NCBI GenBank assembly: GCA_963724765.1
Contig: CAVRVY010000003.1
Location: 704,001-768,000, forward strand
DNA: 64,000 bases
Source: an uncultured delta proteobacterium
Lineage (GTDB): Bacteria > Desulfobacterota > Binatia > Binatales > Binataceae
Direction of reading: 5' to 3'
The stretch's first letter is position 1. Each line of letters starts with the position of its first letter. Below the pieces are notes generated by a model. That model searched no databases. It was not told the DNA's origin and saw nothing but the letters and a program-made list of their open reading frames with translations. Below are positions 49,992 through 60,510 of this stretch, piece by piece. The position numbers were made by a program, and so were the translations under genes.

Positions 49992-52928
49992 TTGCCTGTG
50001 GCCGAGACCGAGCACAAAACGACTGATTACAAGACCACCCTGAAACTTCCCAGGACGGACTTCCCGATGAAGGCGAATCTGCCCAAGCGGGAGCCCGAGA
50101 TGCTCAAGCATTGGGAGGAAATCCGGCTTTACGAAACGTTGCTCGCCGGACGCAAGGACGCGACCGCCTGGGTACTGCACGACGGGCCGCCCTATGCCAA
50201 CGGGCGCGTGCACATGGGCACCGCGCTCAACAAGGTGTTGAAGGACTTCGTCGTGCGCTCGCGCGCGATGATGGGGTTCCGCACGCCGTTCGTGCCCGGA
50301 TGGGATTGCCACGGAATGCCGATCGAGTTCAAGGTCTCGCGCGATCTCGGGGAGAAGGCGCGGGCGATGCCCAAGCTCGAGCTTCGGCGTCTGTGCCGCA
50401 TCGAGGCCGAGAAATGGATCGACCTCCAGCGCAAGGATTTCATGCGCCTGGGATGTATCGGCGACTGGTTCCACCCTTACATCACGATGGACCCCGCGTA
50501 CGATGCGGCGGAGATCGGCGTGCTGCGCAACCTGGTCGAGCGCGGCTACGTCTATCGCGGCCTGCGCCCGGTGCACTGGTGCTTCGCCGATCGTACGGCG
50601 CTGGCCGAGGCCGAGGTCGAGTATCGCGAGCACGTCTCGCCCTCGATTTACGTCGCGTTCGCTTTCAACGCGAACCTGCCCGACGCGGCCGCCCTCGCCG
50701 CCGGCGCCTCCGATCGTGCGGAACTCGCCGCCGCGCACAAGGCCAGCAGGCTCTTTGCCGTCATCTGGACCACCACGCCGTGGACACTGCCCGCGAACCT
50801 GGGAATCAGCCTCAACCCGACGTTCGACTACGTCGCGCTCAAGGCGGGCGAGCGCTACTACCTCGTTGCCGCGCGGCTGGCCGAGGCGGTCGCGAAGGAA
50901 TGTTCACTCACGGTCGAAAAAAGTATCGCGCTCGATCGCGAGGCGCTGAAATCGCTCGACGGACAGGATATTTTCCGCCATCCGTTTGTCGCCCGCGACG
51001 TAAAGCTGATGTACGCCGATCACGTTACGACCGACGCCGGAACCGGCCTCGTGCATACCGCGCCGGGACACGGCTACGAGGATTTCGTGGTCGGCTCGCA
51101 ATACGGGCTCAAGCCGTTCACGCCGGTCGATACGGCCGGCAAGTTCACGGCCGACGGCGGCGAATGGGCGGGGCAAAATGTTTTCCAGGCCAACGATTCG
51201 ATCGTTGAAAAATTGCGCACCACCGGCGCGCTGCTCCATACGCTTAAGTTCACGCACAGCTATCCGCATTGCTGGCGCTGCAAGAATCCGCTGATTTTCC
51301 TCGCTGCCGAGCAATGGTTCATGCGGATCGACCATGACGGGCTGCGCCGGCGGGTGGTCGAGGAAATCGACGCCGTGCAATGGATCCCGCTATGGTCGCG
51401 CGATCGCATCCGCAACATGACCGAAACGCGGCCCGACTGGTGTCTCTCGCGCCAGCGCGCGTGGGGCGTGCCGATTCCGGCGCTCAAGTGCGGCGCCTGC
51501 GGCCACGTCGGTTTGTACGACGAAGTGATGGCCGCGGCGGAGCGAATTTTTGAAAATGAAGGCTCGGATGCGTGGTTCAATCGCCCGGCCGGCGACTTCA
51601 TCGCGCCCGATCTCAAGTGTGAGAAGTGCCAGGGCGCGTCGTTCGAGAAGGAAGAGGACGTGCTCGACGTGTGGTTCGATTCGGGTTCCTCGCAGGCCGC
51701 GGTACTCGGCAAGCGGCCCGAGCTTAGCTGGCCGGCCGACGCCTATCTTGAAGCGGTCGAGCAGGCGCGCGGATGGTTCGGCTCGTCGCTTGCGTGCGCG
51801 GTCGCCGAGCGCGGCCACGCCCCGTTTCGCACCGTGATAAGCCACGGCCTCACCGTCGACGAGCAGGGGCGCAAAATGTCGAAGTCGCTCGGCAATTCCG
51901 AAGACGCGGCCGACGCGGTGAACCGGATCGGCGCCGACGTGCTGCGCCTGGTATATGCCTCGCTCGACTACACCACAGAAATCGCGCTCGGCGACACGGT
52001 CTACACGGCGGTCTCGGAGGCCTACCGCAAGATTCGCAACACCTGCCGCTATATCCTGGGCAATCTTGCTGACTTCGATCCGGCGCGCGACGCTTCGCCG
52101 TTAAGCCGGATGACCGAGTTCGACCGTTATATCCTGGCCCGCCTCGAGCGCCTGAAAGCCGACGTGCGCCGCGCGTTTGACGAGTACGATTTCCAGGGCG
52201 CCTACCACGCGATCATCAACTTTGTCGTGGTCGATCTGAGCTCGCTCTACATCGACGTCGCGCGCGACCGGCTGTATTGCGCGGCCGCCGCCTCGTCCGA
52301 ACGCCGCTCGGTGCAGACCGCGCTTTACCACGTGATTGATACTCTGGTGCGGATCCTTGCGACGCTGATTCCGTTCACCGCCGACGAGATTTACTCGCAC
52401 ATGCCGGGTGAGCGCGCGGCGAGCGTGCATCTCCTGACGCTCGCTCCGCCCAATCCCGACTGGCGCGACGCGGAACTGGAGGCGGAGTGGGAGCGCCTGC
52501 TCAAGGTGCGCGCCGAGGTACTGAAGTTGCTCGAGATGATGCGCCAGGCGGGGACGATCGGTGCGCCGCTCGAAGCCGCGGTGGAAATCCGCCCTGTCAG
52601 CACGGATGGCATTCTGCCCGAGACGCTTGCGCTAGCCGAAACGCTCGCGCGTCATCGGGATTCGCTCAAGGAACTGTTCATCGTTTCGCACGTCGTCACG
52701 CGGGACTTAAGTTCCGAAGACGCAGAAGAGTCGCTCCCTCGCCGTAGTGGCCCCGAGAGCATTATCGACGGGCTTTACGAACTTTCTTCGATCGACCCAC
52801 CGCTAGTTGTCAGGGGGCGGCGCGCGCCGGGGCGCAAGTGCCAGCGCTGCTGGATGTACTTCGATGACGATTCCGGATCCGACCTGGACCCTCGATGCCG
52901 CGCGGTAGTGCAGGTGTTGAACGCGTGA
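49992..52928 (+). CDS. ileS: isoleucine-tRNA ligase (type 1)
   Basis: LHDGPPYANG.HMGT, GWDCHG, WTTTPWT, DWCLSRQR.WG, KMSKS; upstream of lspA. Confidence 0.97.
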   Translation: MPVAETEHKTTDYKTTLKLPRTDFPMKANLPKREPEMLKHWEEIRLYETLLAGRKDATAWVLHDGPPYANGRVHMGTALNKVLKDFVVRSRAMMGFRTPFVPGWDCHGMPIEFKVSRDLGEKARAMPKLELRRLCRIEAEKWIDLQRKDFMRLGCIGDWFHPYITMDPAYDAAEIGVLRNLVERGYVYRGLRPVHWCFADRTALAEAEVEYREHVSPSIYVAFAFNANLPDAAALAAGASDRAELAAAHKASRLFAVIWTTTPWTLPANLGISLNPTFDYVALKAGERYYLVAARLAEAVAKECSLTVEKSIALDREALKSLDGQDIFRHPFVARDVKLMYADHVTTDAGTGLVHTAPGHGYEDFVVGSQYGLKPFTPVDTAGKFTADGGEWAGQNVFQANDSIVEKLRTTGALLHTLKFTHSYPHCWRCKNPLIFLAAEQWFMRIDHDGLRRRVVEEIDAVQWIPLWSRDRIRNMTETRPDWCLSRQRAWGVPIPALKCGACGHVGLYDEVMAAAERIFENEGSDAWFNRPAGDFIAPDLKCEKCQGASFEKEEDVLDVWFDSGSSQAAVLGKRPELSWPADAYLEAVEQARGWFGSSLACAVAERGHAPFRTVISHGLTVDEQGRKMSKSLGNSEDAADAVNRIGADVLRLVYASLDYTTEIALGDTVYTAVSEAYRKIRNTCRYILGNLADFDPARDASPLSRMTEFDRYILARLERLKADVRRAFDEYDFQGAYHAIINFVVVDLSSLYIDVARDRLYCAAAASSERRSVQTALYHVIDTLVRILATLIPFTADEIYSHMPGERAASVHLLTLAPPNPDWRDAELEAEWERLLKVRAEVLKLLEMMRQAGTIGAPLEAAVEIRPVSTDGILPETLALAETLARHRDSLKELFIVSHVVTRDLSSEDAEESLPRRSGPESIIDGLYELSSIDPPLVVRGRRAPGRKCQRCWMYFDDDSGSDLDPRCRAVVQVLNA

Positions 52929-53470
52929 CGCCGGTTGCGCCCCAAGCGCCGGCACCAATTGCAGGCGGTGTGAGCGTGGCAATCGACTGGCGCCGGTTCG
53001 GCACGATGCTCGGTTTCGTCGCGCTGCCGGTCTTCGTGCTCGACCAGTTGGTCAAGCTCTATATTGTTCGGCATCTAACGCTATTCACGCAAATCGACCT
53101 GGTGCCGCATTGGCTCGCGATAACTTACACGTTGAATTCGGGCGCTGCCTTCAGCCTCTTCGCGACCCTGGAGCCGGCGGTGCGCGAGCTGATGCTCGAC
53201 GGGCTCGCCGCCGCCGCGGTGGTGGTTCTCGGCGTGCTGCTCGCGCGCGGCGCGCGGCCGCCGGCGGTGTCGGCCGCCTTTGCGCTGATCATGGGAGGCG
53301 CGGCAGGCAATCTGTTTGACCGGATCGTGCGCGGCCGCGTCGTCGACTTCATCTACGTCCACTACTACGCGTGGAGTTATCCGGTCTTTAATATCGCCGA
53401 TAGCGCAATCACGATTGGGGTGGCGATAATCCTTATCCACTCCGCGTTCTCGCGCGACGCCGAAGCCTGA
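52925..53470 (+). CDS. lspA: lipoprotein signal peptidase II
   Basis: LDQLVK, NSGAAFS, GGAAGNLFDR, VVDFI, PVFNIAD. Confidence 0.96.
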   Translation: MTPVAPQAPAPIAGGVSVAIDWRRFGTMLGFVALPVFVLDQLVKLYIVRHLTLFTQIDLVPHWLAITYTLNSGAAFSLFATLEPAVRELMLDGLAAAAVVVLGVLLARGARPPAVSAAFALIMGGAAGNLFDRIVRGRVVDFIYVHYYAWSYPVFNIADSAITIGVAIILIHSAFSRDAEA

Positions 53471-53592
53471 CCCGCGCGAATCGGGGCGAGCGAGCGGCCG
53501 GCGTATCGCCGCGTTTGACCGAAGCGCAACCCTGGCGGTAGCTTTGCGATGCGCCGTCCGGCCGTCGCGCCGGCGGGGGCGGGAGGCGATCG

Positions 53593-54546
53593 ATGAAGAC
53601 GATCAACACCGTTACCGGAACAACCACCGCCGACAAGCTCGGCACCACGCTGATGCACGAGCATCTGATGGTCGGATGGGGCGGATGGGAACTGGACTGC
53701 ACGGCGCCGCGCTTCGAGCGCAAGGTGGCGCTCAAGTTTGCGACCGACCGGCTCAAGGAATTGCGCGACCTCGGCCTGGGCACCTTCCTCGATCCGTGCC
53801 CGATGGACATCGGACGCGACGTAAACTTCATGGCCGAGACGGCCAGCGCCGCTGGGGTTCAACTGATCTGCGCGACCGGCCTCTATAAGGAAGATCTCGG
53901 GAACACCGCCTACTTCAAGCAACGCCCGGTCGGTGAGATAGCCGACGTCTACGTGGCCGAGCTCACCGAGGGAATCGCCGGCACCGGGGTGAAGGCCGGA
54001 GTCATCAAGTGCGCGACCTCCAAGGACAAGATTACCGATTACGAAGAGAAGTGCTTGCGCGCCGCCGCCCGCGCGCACCTCAAGACCGGCGCGCCAATCA
54101 CGACCCATACCGACGAGGGCACGATGGGCCGCGAGCAACTCGACATCTTTGCCTCCGAAGGCGTCGACTTAAAGCACGTGATCGTCGGCCATAGCTGCGG
54201 CGCGTCGGACCTTCGTTACCACACCGACATGCTCGACCGCGGATGCTACCTGGGCTTCGATCGTTTTGGGCTGGATTTTCTGCATCCCGACCGCCTGCGG
54301 CTGGCCGCGCTGATTGGGCTCCTGGGGGTCGGCTTCGAGAAGCAGATCGTGCTGTCGCACGATTCGGTCGCGTGCTGGCTCGGGCGCGGCCTGGACCTGA
54401 CGCCCGAAATCGAAAAGGGAATCCGTAATTGGCAGCCGACTCACATCTTCAAGAACATCCTGCCCGCGCTGCGCCAAGCAGGCATCAGCGAGGAAAAAAT
54501 CCAGACGCTGATGGTCGAGAACCCGCGCAGCTACTTCGAGCAGTAA
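53593..54546 (+). CDS. phosphotriesterase/lactonase family protein
   Basis: GTTLMHEHL, GRD, CATG, VIK, TTHT, GHS, SHD metal ligands intact. Confidence 0.93.
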   Translation: MKTINTVTGTTTADKLGTTLMHEHLMVGWGGWELDCTAPRFERKVALKFATDRLKELRDLGLGTFLDPCPMDIGRDVNFMAETASAAGVQLICATGLYKEDLGNTAYFKQRPVGEIADVYVAELTEGIAGTGVKAGVIKCATSKDKITDYEEKCLRAAARAHLKTGAPITTHTDEGTMGREQLDIFASEGVDLKHVIVGHSCGASDLRYHTDMLDRGCYLGFDRFGLDFLHPDRLRLAALIGLLGVGFEKQIVLSHDSVACWLGRGLDLTPEIEKGIRNWQPTHIFKNILPALRQAGISEEKIQTLMVENPRSYFEQ

Positions 54547-54630
54547 CTCAAAGGTCGCACGTATCGAGGCGGCCGGCGCTTTGACCGGCCCGTTCATTTT
54601 CGGGCGGAGTTTCGGAACCGCCCAGGTGCG

Positions 54631-54870
54631 CTACTTGTCGAGCACGTGAGCGCCCGCTTCCATCTGCGATCGCCAACGGTCGATCGCCTCGACGTTGAAG
54701 CGCCAGTCGCTGCCAACCCGAAAAGCCGGCAACTCGTTGCGCTTGAGCAGACGATAGACGGTCGATGGATGTACTCGCAGGTAGGCCGAGACGTCCTGTA
54801 CCGTCATCACGCGCTGCACGACCGCGTCGAAATCCGAGGCTGTCATTCGATTGATCTCACGATTATTCAT
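54631..54870 (-). CDS. HTH_17 (excisionase/BldC-like) DNA-binding protein
   Basis: MTVQDVSAYLRVHPSTVYRL....LPAFRVGSDWRF. Confidence 0.9.
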   Translation of the reverse strand: MNNREINRMTASDFDAVVQRVMTVQDVSAYLRVHPSTVYRLLKRNELPAFRVGSDWRFNVEAIDRWRSQMEAGAHVLDK

Positions 54871-55185
54871 CTCCACCTCCTAGTCAGGACTTTGGGCGCC
54901 CGAGCCGGCGACTTTGATGAAAGCGGTCGGGTATGAAGGGCGAATGCCCTAAAGAAACGCTCCTCCTGCGCAATCCGCCGCTCCTTCCTTTAGCTGACGC
55001 GCGCCATTCTAGGCATTGTTCGCTTCATGTAAACATTTCAATCAAACATAAATATCAACAATAGCCCAAACCTTGTGCATAACTCCGCACGTCAGATGCA
55101 GCGCGTGCGGCTAATGCTGACGGCGATAGCCAGCTTGACTTGACCCGTCTCGCTCTGGTCGGATGACACGCTCGCCGCCCGGAGG

Positions 55186-57621
55186 ATGGGTCGGGGTTTT
55201 AGTATGCTATCGATGGGTCAGAGGACTGCCGATTTCTTAATCCACTGGCGGTGGCAAGTCCTCGTTGCATACCTGGCGGTGACCGCCTTTTTTTCCGTCG
55301 GCGTCGTGCGCATCGCGCGCAGTTTTCAGGCTCAAACCTCGGTGGCCGACCTGATCCCGGCGCACAACCGCGTCACCGACGTTTTCAAGCGCTACCAGAG
55401 CTTCAGCAAGCCGGCCACGGTCGAAATCCTGCTCAAGGTCAAGCAAGGCACTATCTACACACCGCAGACGCTGGCCAGAATCTGGCGAATCACGCGCGCG
55501 CTCGACCTGGTGCCGGGTATCGACCACGTGACCCTGACCTCGATCGCCAGCGAGAAGGTTCGCGTTATCCGGCCGACGCCGCCCGGCCTCAGCTCCGAGC
55601 CCGTGATGACCAACAAGATCCCGGCCACACAAGCCGACGCGACGGCCGTGCAGGAGCGCGCCCGCCACGCGGCCGGCGTCACCGGGATTCTGGTCTCGCC
55701 CGACGAGAAGGCGACGCTGATCGACGCCGCCTTCTTTGAGCATGGGCTCGACTACAGCGAGGTCTTCGAGCGCGTGCACAAAATGCTCGCAGCCGAGAGT
55801 GACCCCAATATCGAGTTCTACACCGCCGGCCGCGTCATGCTGATCGGATGGGTCTATCGTTACGGCCATCAGGCGCTGTGGATTTTCCTGCTCTCGCTCG
55901 CGCTCATCATCGCGGCCCACGTCGATTACATGCGTAGCCTCGCCGGCGCGCTCACACCGATCATCGCTGCCGCAGTATCGACAGTCTGGGGGCTCGGCGC
56001 GGGCGGATGGCTGGGGCTGAACCTCGAACCGCTCACCGTGGTGGTGCCGGTGCTGCTGATGGCGCGCGCGCTCAGCCACTCGCTGCAGATCACGCGCCGC
56101 TACTACGAAATCCTCTACGAGACGCACGAACGCGTGGCCGGTGCGGCGGGCGCGCTGGCCTCGATGTTCGCGCCGGCCTTCCTCGGGATCATGTGCGACG
56201 TCGCCGGACTCTACATGATTTGTCTCGCGCCGATCCCGATAATCCAGAAACTCGGCGTGCTCTGCGGCACCTGGTCGCTGCTGATCATTCCTTCGGCGGT
56301 GCTGCTCACGCCGGTGCTGCTGGCGATCCTGCCGCCGCCCAAGGACGTAAGCGTCTTCATCACGCACGAGGTTCCCTCGCTCAGCACGCGGCTGATCGAG
56401 CCGGTGCAGCGGATGCTGGCCGGCCTGCTGACGCCGAGCAGGCGAATCGTCACGACCGTGATTGCGATCCCGGTGGCGGCGCTGCTCGCGTTTCTCGCGA
56501 TTAGCCGTCCGGTCGGCAACGTCGCGATTGGCAGCCCGCTCCTGTGGCCCGACAACGAGTTCAACGTCGCCGAGCGCGAGATCAACGCCAACCTCGCCGG
56601 CACCGCGACGCTCAACGTGGTATGGGAGGGCAAGATCCCGCGCGCGCTCTACCGTCCCGAGGTGTACGACTCGATGCTCCGCTTCCAGAAGGCGATCGAG
56701 CGCAACCACGGCGCCGTCGCCACGCTCTCGCTTGCCGACTACATCCCCTACACGGGCCTGATCCTGCGCGGCGGCAATCCCAAGTGGCTGCCGATCGACC
56801 TCACCGGTCATGACGTCGGCGCGTACCTGTTCTGGACCCGCACCGGGCATTCGCTGGAGAACTTCAGCAACATAATCCAGCCCAACGGCACCAACGGCGA
56901 CGTCATACTCTGGTACAAGGACCTGCGCGCGAGCACCGTGGACGAGGCGATGGCGCAGGCCGAGCGCGCGATCGCCGCGGTGCAGCCCAAGCCGTCGGCG
57001 GTCTACCGCATCCGGCTCGCCACCGGCTCGGTCGCGCTACAATATGCGCTCGACCACGTCGTGCGCGCGGCCGATCTGAAAATCCTGATCTACTTGCTCG
57101 CGACCATCTTCGTGATGTGCGTGCTGACGTACCATTCGGGCGTGGCGGCGGCGATGCTGCTGGTGCCGCTGTTGCTCGCGCAGTTCGCCACCGACTCGGT
57201 GATGTATCTGCGCGGAGTCGGGCTCGACGTGAACACGCTGCCGGTGGTGGCGGTCGGACTCGGCGTCGGTATCGACTATGGGATTTACCTGCTAAGCCGC
57301 ATCTGCGAGGAATTCCAGGGCGCGGCTGACGGCGATGTGCAAGCCGCGGTGACGCGCGCGGTCTTCACCACCGGCGAGGCGACCTTCTTCGTCGCCTTCA
57401 CGATGGTGCTGGGCGTACTGCCCTGGTATTTCCTGTCCGAGTTGCGCTTCCTGGCCGAGATGGGCCTGATGCTGGCGCTGGTGATGGCGTTCAACGGGCT
57501 GCTCGCGATGAGCGTGCTGCCGCTGGAGACGGTGCTCATCCGACCCAAATTCCTGGGACGCGTCAAACTGATGGAACGCAAGGGGGTGACAACCGAAACG
57601 CGCTCTTTGGGGTCATCCTGA
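55186..57621 (+). CDS. MMPL/RND family transporter
   Basis: Duplicated 6-TM architecture; ARALSHSLQ and VGLGVGIDYGIY motifs. Confidence 0.92.
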   Translation: MGRGFSMLSMGQRTADFLIHWRWQVLVAYLAVTAFFSVGVVRIARSFQAQTSVADLIPAHNRVTDVFKRYQSFSKPATVEILLKVKQGTIYTPQTLARIWRITRALDLVPGIDHVTLTSIASEKVRVIRPTPPGLSSEPVMTNKIPATQADATAVQERARHAAGVTGILVSPDEKATLIDAAFFEHGLDYSEVFERVHKMLAAESDPNIEFYTAGRVMLIGWVYRYGHQALWIFLLSLALIIAAHVDYMRSLAGALTPIIAAAVSTVWGLGAGGWLGLNLEPLTVVVPVLLMARALSHSLQITRRYYEILYETHERVAGAAGALASMFAPAFLGIMCDVAGLYMICLAPIPIIQKLGVLCGTWSLLIIPSAVLLTPVLLAILPPPKDVSVFITHEVPSLSTRLIEPVQRMLAGLLTPSRRIVTTVIAIPVAALLAFLAISRPVGNVAIGSPLLWPDNEFNVAEREINANLAGTATLNVVWEGKIPRALYRPEVYDSMLRFQKAIERNHGAVATLSLADYIPYTGLILRGGNPKWLPIDLTGHDVGAYLFWTRTGHSLENFSNIIQPNGTNGDVILWYKDLRASTVDEAMAQAERAIAAVQPKPSAVYRIRLATGSVALQYALDHVVRAADLKILIYLLATIFVMCVLTYHSGVAAAMLLVPLLLAQFATDSVMYLRGVGLDVNTLPVVAVGLGVGIDYGIYLLSRICEEFQGAADGDVQAAVTRAVFTTGEATFFVAFTMVLGVLPWYFLSELRFLAEMGLMLALVMAFNGLLAMSVLPLETVLIRPKFLGRVKLMERKGVTTETRSLGSS

Positions 57622-57632
57622 GCGAAGAATTG

Positions 57633-58709
57633 TCAGCCCAGGTGGGCGAGAATCTCGGCGAAACTCAGCTTGCGGACCAGCGCGTGGCCCAGCCGATCGA
57701 GCAGCACGAACTCGACCTCGTCGCCCGCGCGTTTTTTATCCAGCCGCATCGCGCGCACGAACTCCTCGCCGCGCCATCCGGCCGGCATCGCGGTCGGCAA
57801 GCCCGCCCGCGCGATCAGCCGCTCCAGCCGTTCGGCCTCAGTGGCGCCGAGACCCGCGAACACTTGCGAGAGTCTTCCCGCCGCGACCATTCCGATCGCC
57901 ACCGCCTCGCCGTGCAGGAAATTGCCGTAGCCTGACGACGCCTCGAGCGCATGGCCGGCCGTATGGCCGTAGTTGAGCATCTTGCGCAGGCCGCCCTCGC
58001 GCGTATCGCTCGCCACCACTGTCGCCTTGTGATGCAGCGATCGCGCGACGACTTTCTCGAGCACCGCGGGGGCGCGGTGCATAATCGCGTCGAGGCCGTG
58101 CTCCAGCTCCTCGACCATCGGCGCATCCATGATCGCACCGTACTTGATGACCTCGGCGAGCCCCTCGCGAAACTCGCGATCGGGCAGGCTCTGGAGCGTC
58201 GCGACGTCGGCCACGATTAGCCGCGGCTGGTAAAACGCGCCGATCAGATTCTTCGCCCGCGGATGGTTGACCGCGGTCTTGCCGCCCAGCGCCGAATCGA
58301 CCTGCGCGAGCATCGTGGTAGGAATTTGCACCAGCGCAACGCCGCGCATGTAGGTCGCGGCGGCGAAGCCGGCCAAGTCGCCGACCACGCCGCCGCCCAG
58401 CGCAAACACGGCGCCGCTCCGATCGAGTTCCGCCTCCACGATCGCGTCGTATACGCGCTCCAGCGTGGCGAATGATTTGCTCTGCTCGCCTGGCGCGACC
58501 TCCAGGGTCCGTAGCGCGAAGCCCGCCGCCTTGAGCGAGTCGGCCGTGCGTTCGCCATACAGGCGCGCGACGTTGGAATCGGTGACGATAAGCGCCCGTC
58601 CGACGGTCATGCCCGCCTCGCGCGCGAGCCGTCCCGTCTGGTCGAGCGCACCGGCGCCGACGTACACCGGATGCGCGTCGGGGCCGAGTTCTACGCGGAA
58701 GGTGCGCAT
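57633..58709 (-). CDS. aroB: 3-dehydroquinate synthase
   Basis: GEQSKS, GGGVVGD, PTTMLAQVDS, KNLIGAFYQP, LNYGHT, HGEAV. Confidence 0.97.
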   Translation of the reverse strand: MRTFRVELGPDAHPVYVGAGALDQTGRLAREAGMTVGRALIVTDSNVARLYGERTADSLKAAGFALRTLEVAPGEQSKSFATLERVYDAIVEAELDRSGAVFALGGGVVGDLAGFAAATYMRGVALVQIPTTMLAQVDSALGGKTAVNHPRAKNLIGAFYQPRLIVADVATLQSLPDREFREGLAEVIKYGAIMDAPMVEELEHGLDAIMHRAPAVLEKVVARSLHHKATVVASDTREGGLRKMLNYGHTAGHALEASSGYGNFLHGEAVAIGMVAAGRLSQVFAGLGATEAERLERLIARAGLPTAMPAGWRGEEFVRAMRLDKKRAGDEVEFVLLDRLGHALVRKLSFAEILAHLG

Positions 58710-59272
58710 CGATGGGCGCTCCTGCCGTGCCGGCCAAAGATATCCAGCACGCGCTCCGCCGACTCGGCGACCGAAAGGTCGGAGGTGTCCACAGTAAAAT
58801 CGGCGCGCGCATAGGCGGCGCGCCGCTCTTCCATCAGTTCGATGATTCGCGCTTCCAGCGGCTTGCCGCCTTCCAGCAGCTTGGGCCGCTTATGCGGAGA
58901 ACGCCGCACGCGCGCCGCGATTACCTCGGGCCGCGCGCTGAGACAAATGATCACGCCCGCGCGCTTGAGCGAGAGATAGTTGCGCTCGTCGACCAGCGCG
59001 CCGCCGCCCGTCGAGATCACCGCCGGCCGCGGCTCGCCACATTGCGGGCAGAGCGCGGGATCGTCCGCCAGAGCGGCTATCACCTCGCGCTCCAGCGCGC
59101 GGAACTGCGCTTCGCCGTGCTCGGCGAAGATCGCCGGGATTGGCTTGCCCGCGCGCGCCACCAGTTCGGCGTCGCTATCGACCAGGCGCCATCCCAACCG
59201 CGCCGCGACCGCGCGGCCGACCGCGCTCTTACCGGTCGCCATGAAGCCCGTAAGGATCAACCTGGGAGCCAT
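58691..59272 (-). CDS. aroK: shikimate kinase
   Basis: LTGFMATGKS, DSD, GEAQFRALE, STGGG, RP.L; between aroC and aroB. Confidence 0.95.
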   Translation of the reverse strand: MAPRLILTGFMATGKSAVGRAVAARLGWRLVDSDAELVARAGKPIPAIFAEHGEAQFRALEREVIAALADDPALCPQCGEPRPAVISTGGGALVDERNYLSLKRAGVIICLSARPEVIAARVRRSPHKRPKLLEGGKPLEARIIELMEERRAAYARADFTVDTSDLSVAESAERVLDIFGRHGRSAHRCAPSA

Positions 59273-59295
59273 CGCGCTGCTGGGCCCCGGCGGCG

Positions 59296-60462
59296 TCAAA
59301 AATTGCGCACCTGCTCGAGGTAGCCTTCGTAGTTGCGCGCGATCTCGGCCCGCGAATCGCCGCCGAACTTTTCCACGAACGCGTTGGCCAGTTCGAGCGC
59401 GACCACCGCCTCGGCGATAACCGCGGCGGCCGGAATTGCGCACACGTCGGAGCGCTCCGTGTTGCCGACCGATTCGACCTTGGTGCGGATGTCGGCCGAG
59501 CGCAGCGGACGCATCAGGGTCGACAGCGGTTTGAAGGCCACGCGCACGCGCAACGGCTCGCCGGTGGTCATCCCGCCCTCGGTGCCGCCGGAATTGTTGG
59601 AGTGGCGGATGAAGCGGCGCGCCGCCGCGTCGTAGGCGATTTCGTCATGGAGCGCCGAGCCGCGCGTCGCCGCGGCGCGAAAGCCCAGCCCCAGTTCGAC
59701 GCCCTTGACCGCCTGCAAGCTCAGCAGCACGTGCGCGAGGCGGCCGTCGAGCTTGCGGTCCCACTGCACGTGGCTGCCCAGCCCGACGGGCAATCCGGTG
59801 GCGACCACCTCGACTATGCCGCCGAGCGTGTCGCCGGTTTTTTTGCATTCATCGATCTCGGCGATTATCGCGCGCTCCGCTTCGGGATCCGCCACGCGCA
59901 CCTGCGACGCCTCGGTGATGCGTTTTAAGTCCTCGATGCTCAGGTCGGCGGGTGTCTGCGCTTCGGTCGATCCGATGCTCGCGACGTAACCGAGCGTGGT
60001 GATGCCGAAGGGCTCGAGTATCAGTTTGGCGAGCGAGCCGGCCGCGACCCGCATCGTGGTCTCGCGGGCCGAGGCGCGCTCGAGCACGTCGCGGATGTCG
60101 TCGAGGTTATATTTGAGCACGCCTGCGAGATCGGCATGTCCGGGGCGCGGCCGCGTGACCGGTTCAGCCTCGCCGCGGTCGGCCGGATCGACCGACATCC
60201 GCTTGAGCCAGTTCTTGAAATCGCGATTCTCGACGATCAGCGTGATCGGGCTACCCATCGAGCGCCCGAAGCGGATGCCCGAGACCACGCGCACCTCGTC
60301 GCGCTCGATCGCCATCCGTCCGCCCCGCCCGTAGCCTTTCTGGCGGCGCGCGAGGTCGTAGTTGATTTTCGCCAGGTCGATATCGAAGCCGGCCGGGTAG
60401 CCTTCCACCACCGCGACCAGTTCGGGGCCGTGCGATTCACCGGCTGTCAGGAAACGCAGCAT
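59296..60462 (-). CDS. aroC: chorismate synthase
   Basis: TAGESHG, RPGHADL, ERASARET, GGTEGGMT, FKPLST, RSD.C. Confidence 0.98.
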   Translation of the reverse strand: MLRFLTAGESHGPELVAVVEGYPAGFDIDLAKINYDLARRQKGYGRGGRMAIERDEVRVVSGIRFGRSMGSPITLIVENRDFKNWLKRMSVDPADRGEAEPVTRPRPGHADLAGVLKYNLDDIRDVLERASARETTMRVAAGSLAKLILEPFGITTLGYVASIGSTEAQTPADLSIEDLKRITEASQVRVADPEAERAIIAEIDECKKTGDTLGGIVEVVATGLPVGLGSHVQWDRKLDGRLAHVLLSLQAVKGVELGLGFRAAATRGSALHDEIAYDAAARRFIRHSNNSGGTEGGMTTGEPLRVRVAFKPLSTLMRPLRSADIRTKVESVGNTERSDVCAIPAAAVIAEAVVALELANAFVEKFGGDSRAEIARNYEGYLEQVRNF

Positions 60463-60510
60463 CTTGGGACCGTCCGTCGGCGAAGGCGGCGGCCAGGGCC
60501 GCGTCCCGCG

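Noticed and set aside
54631-54870. Excisionase marking a prophage
   Set aside because: No integrase, att site or phage genes nearby; flanks are metabolic genes.
55073-55082. DnaA box-like TGTGCATAA suggesting an origin
   Set aside because: Single box with no cluster and no dnaA context.
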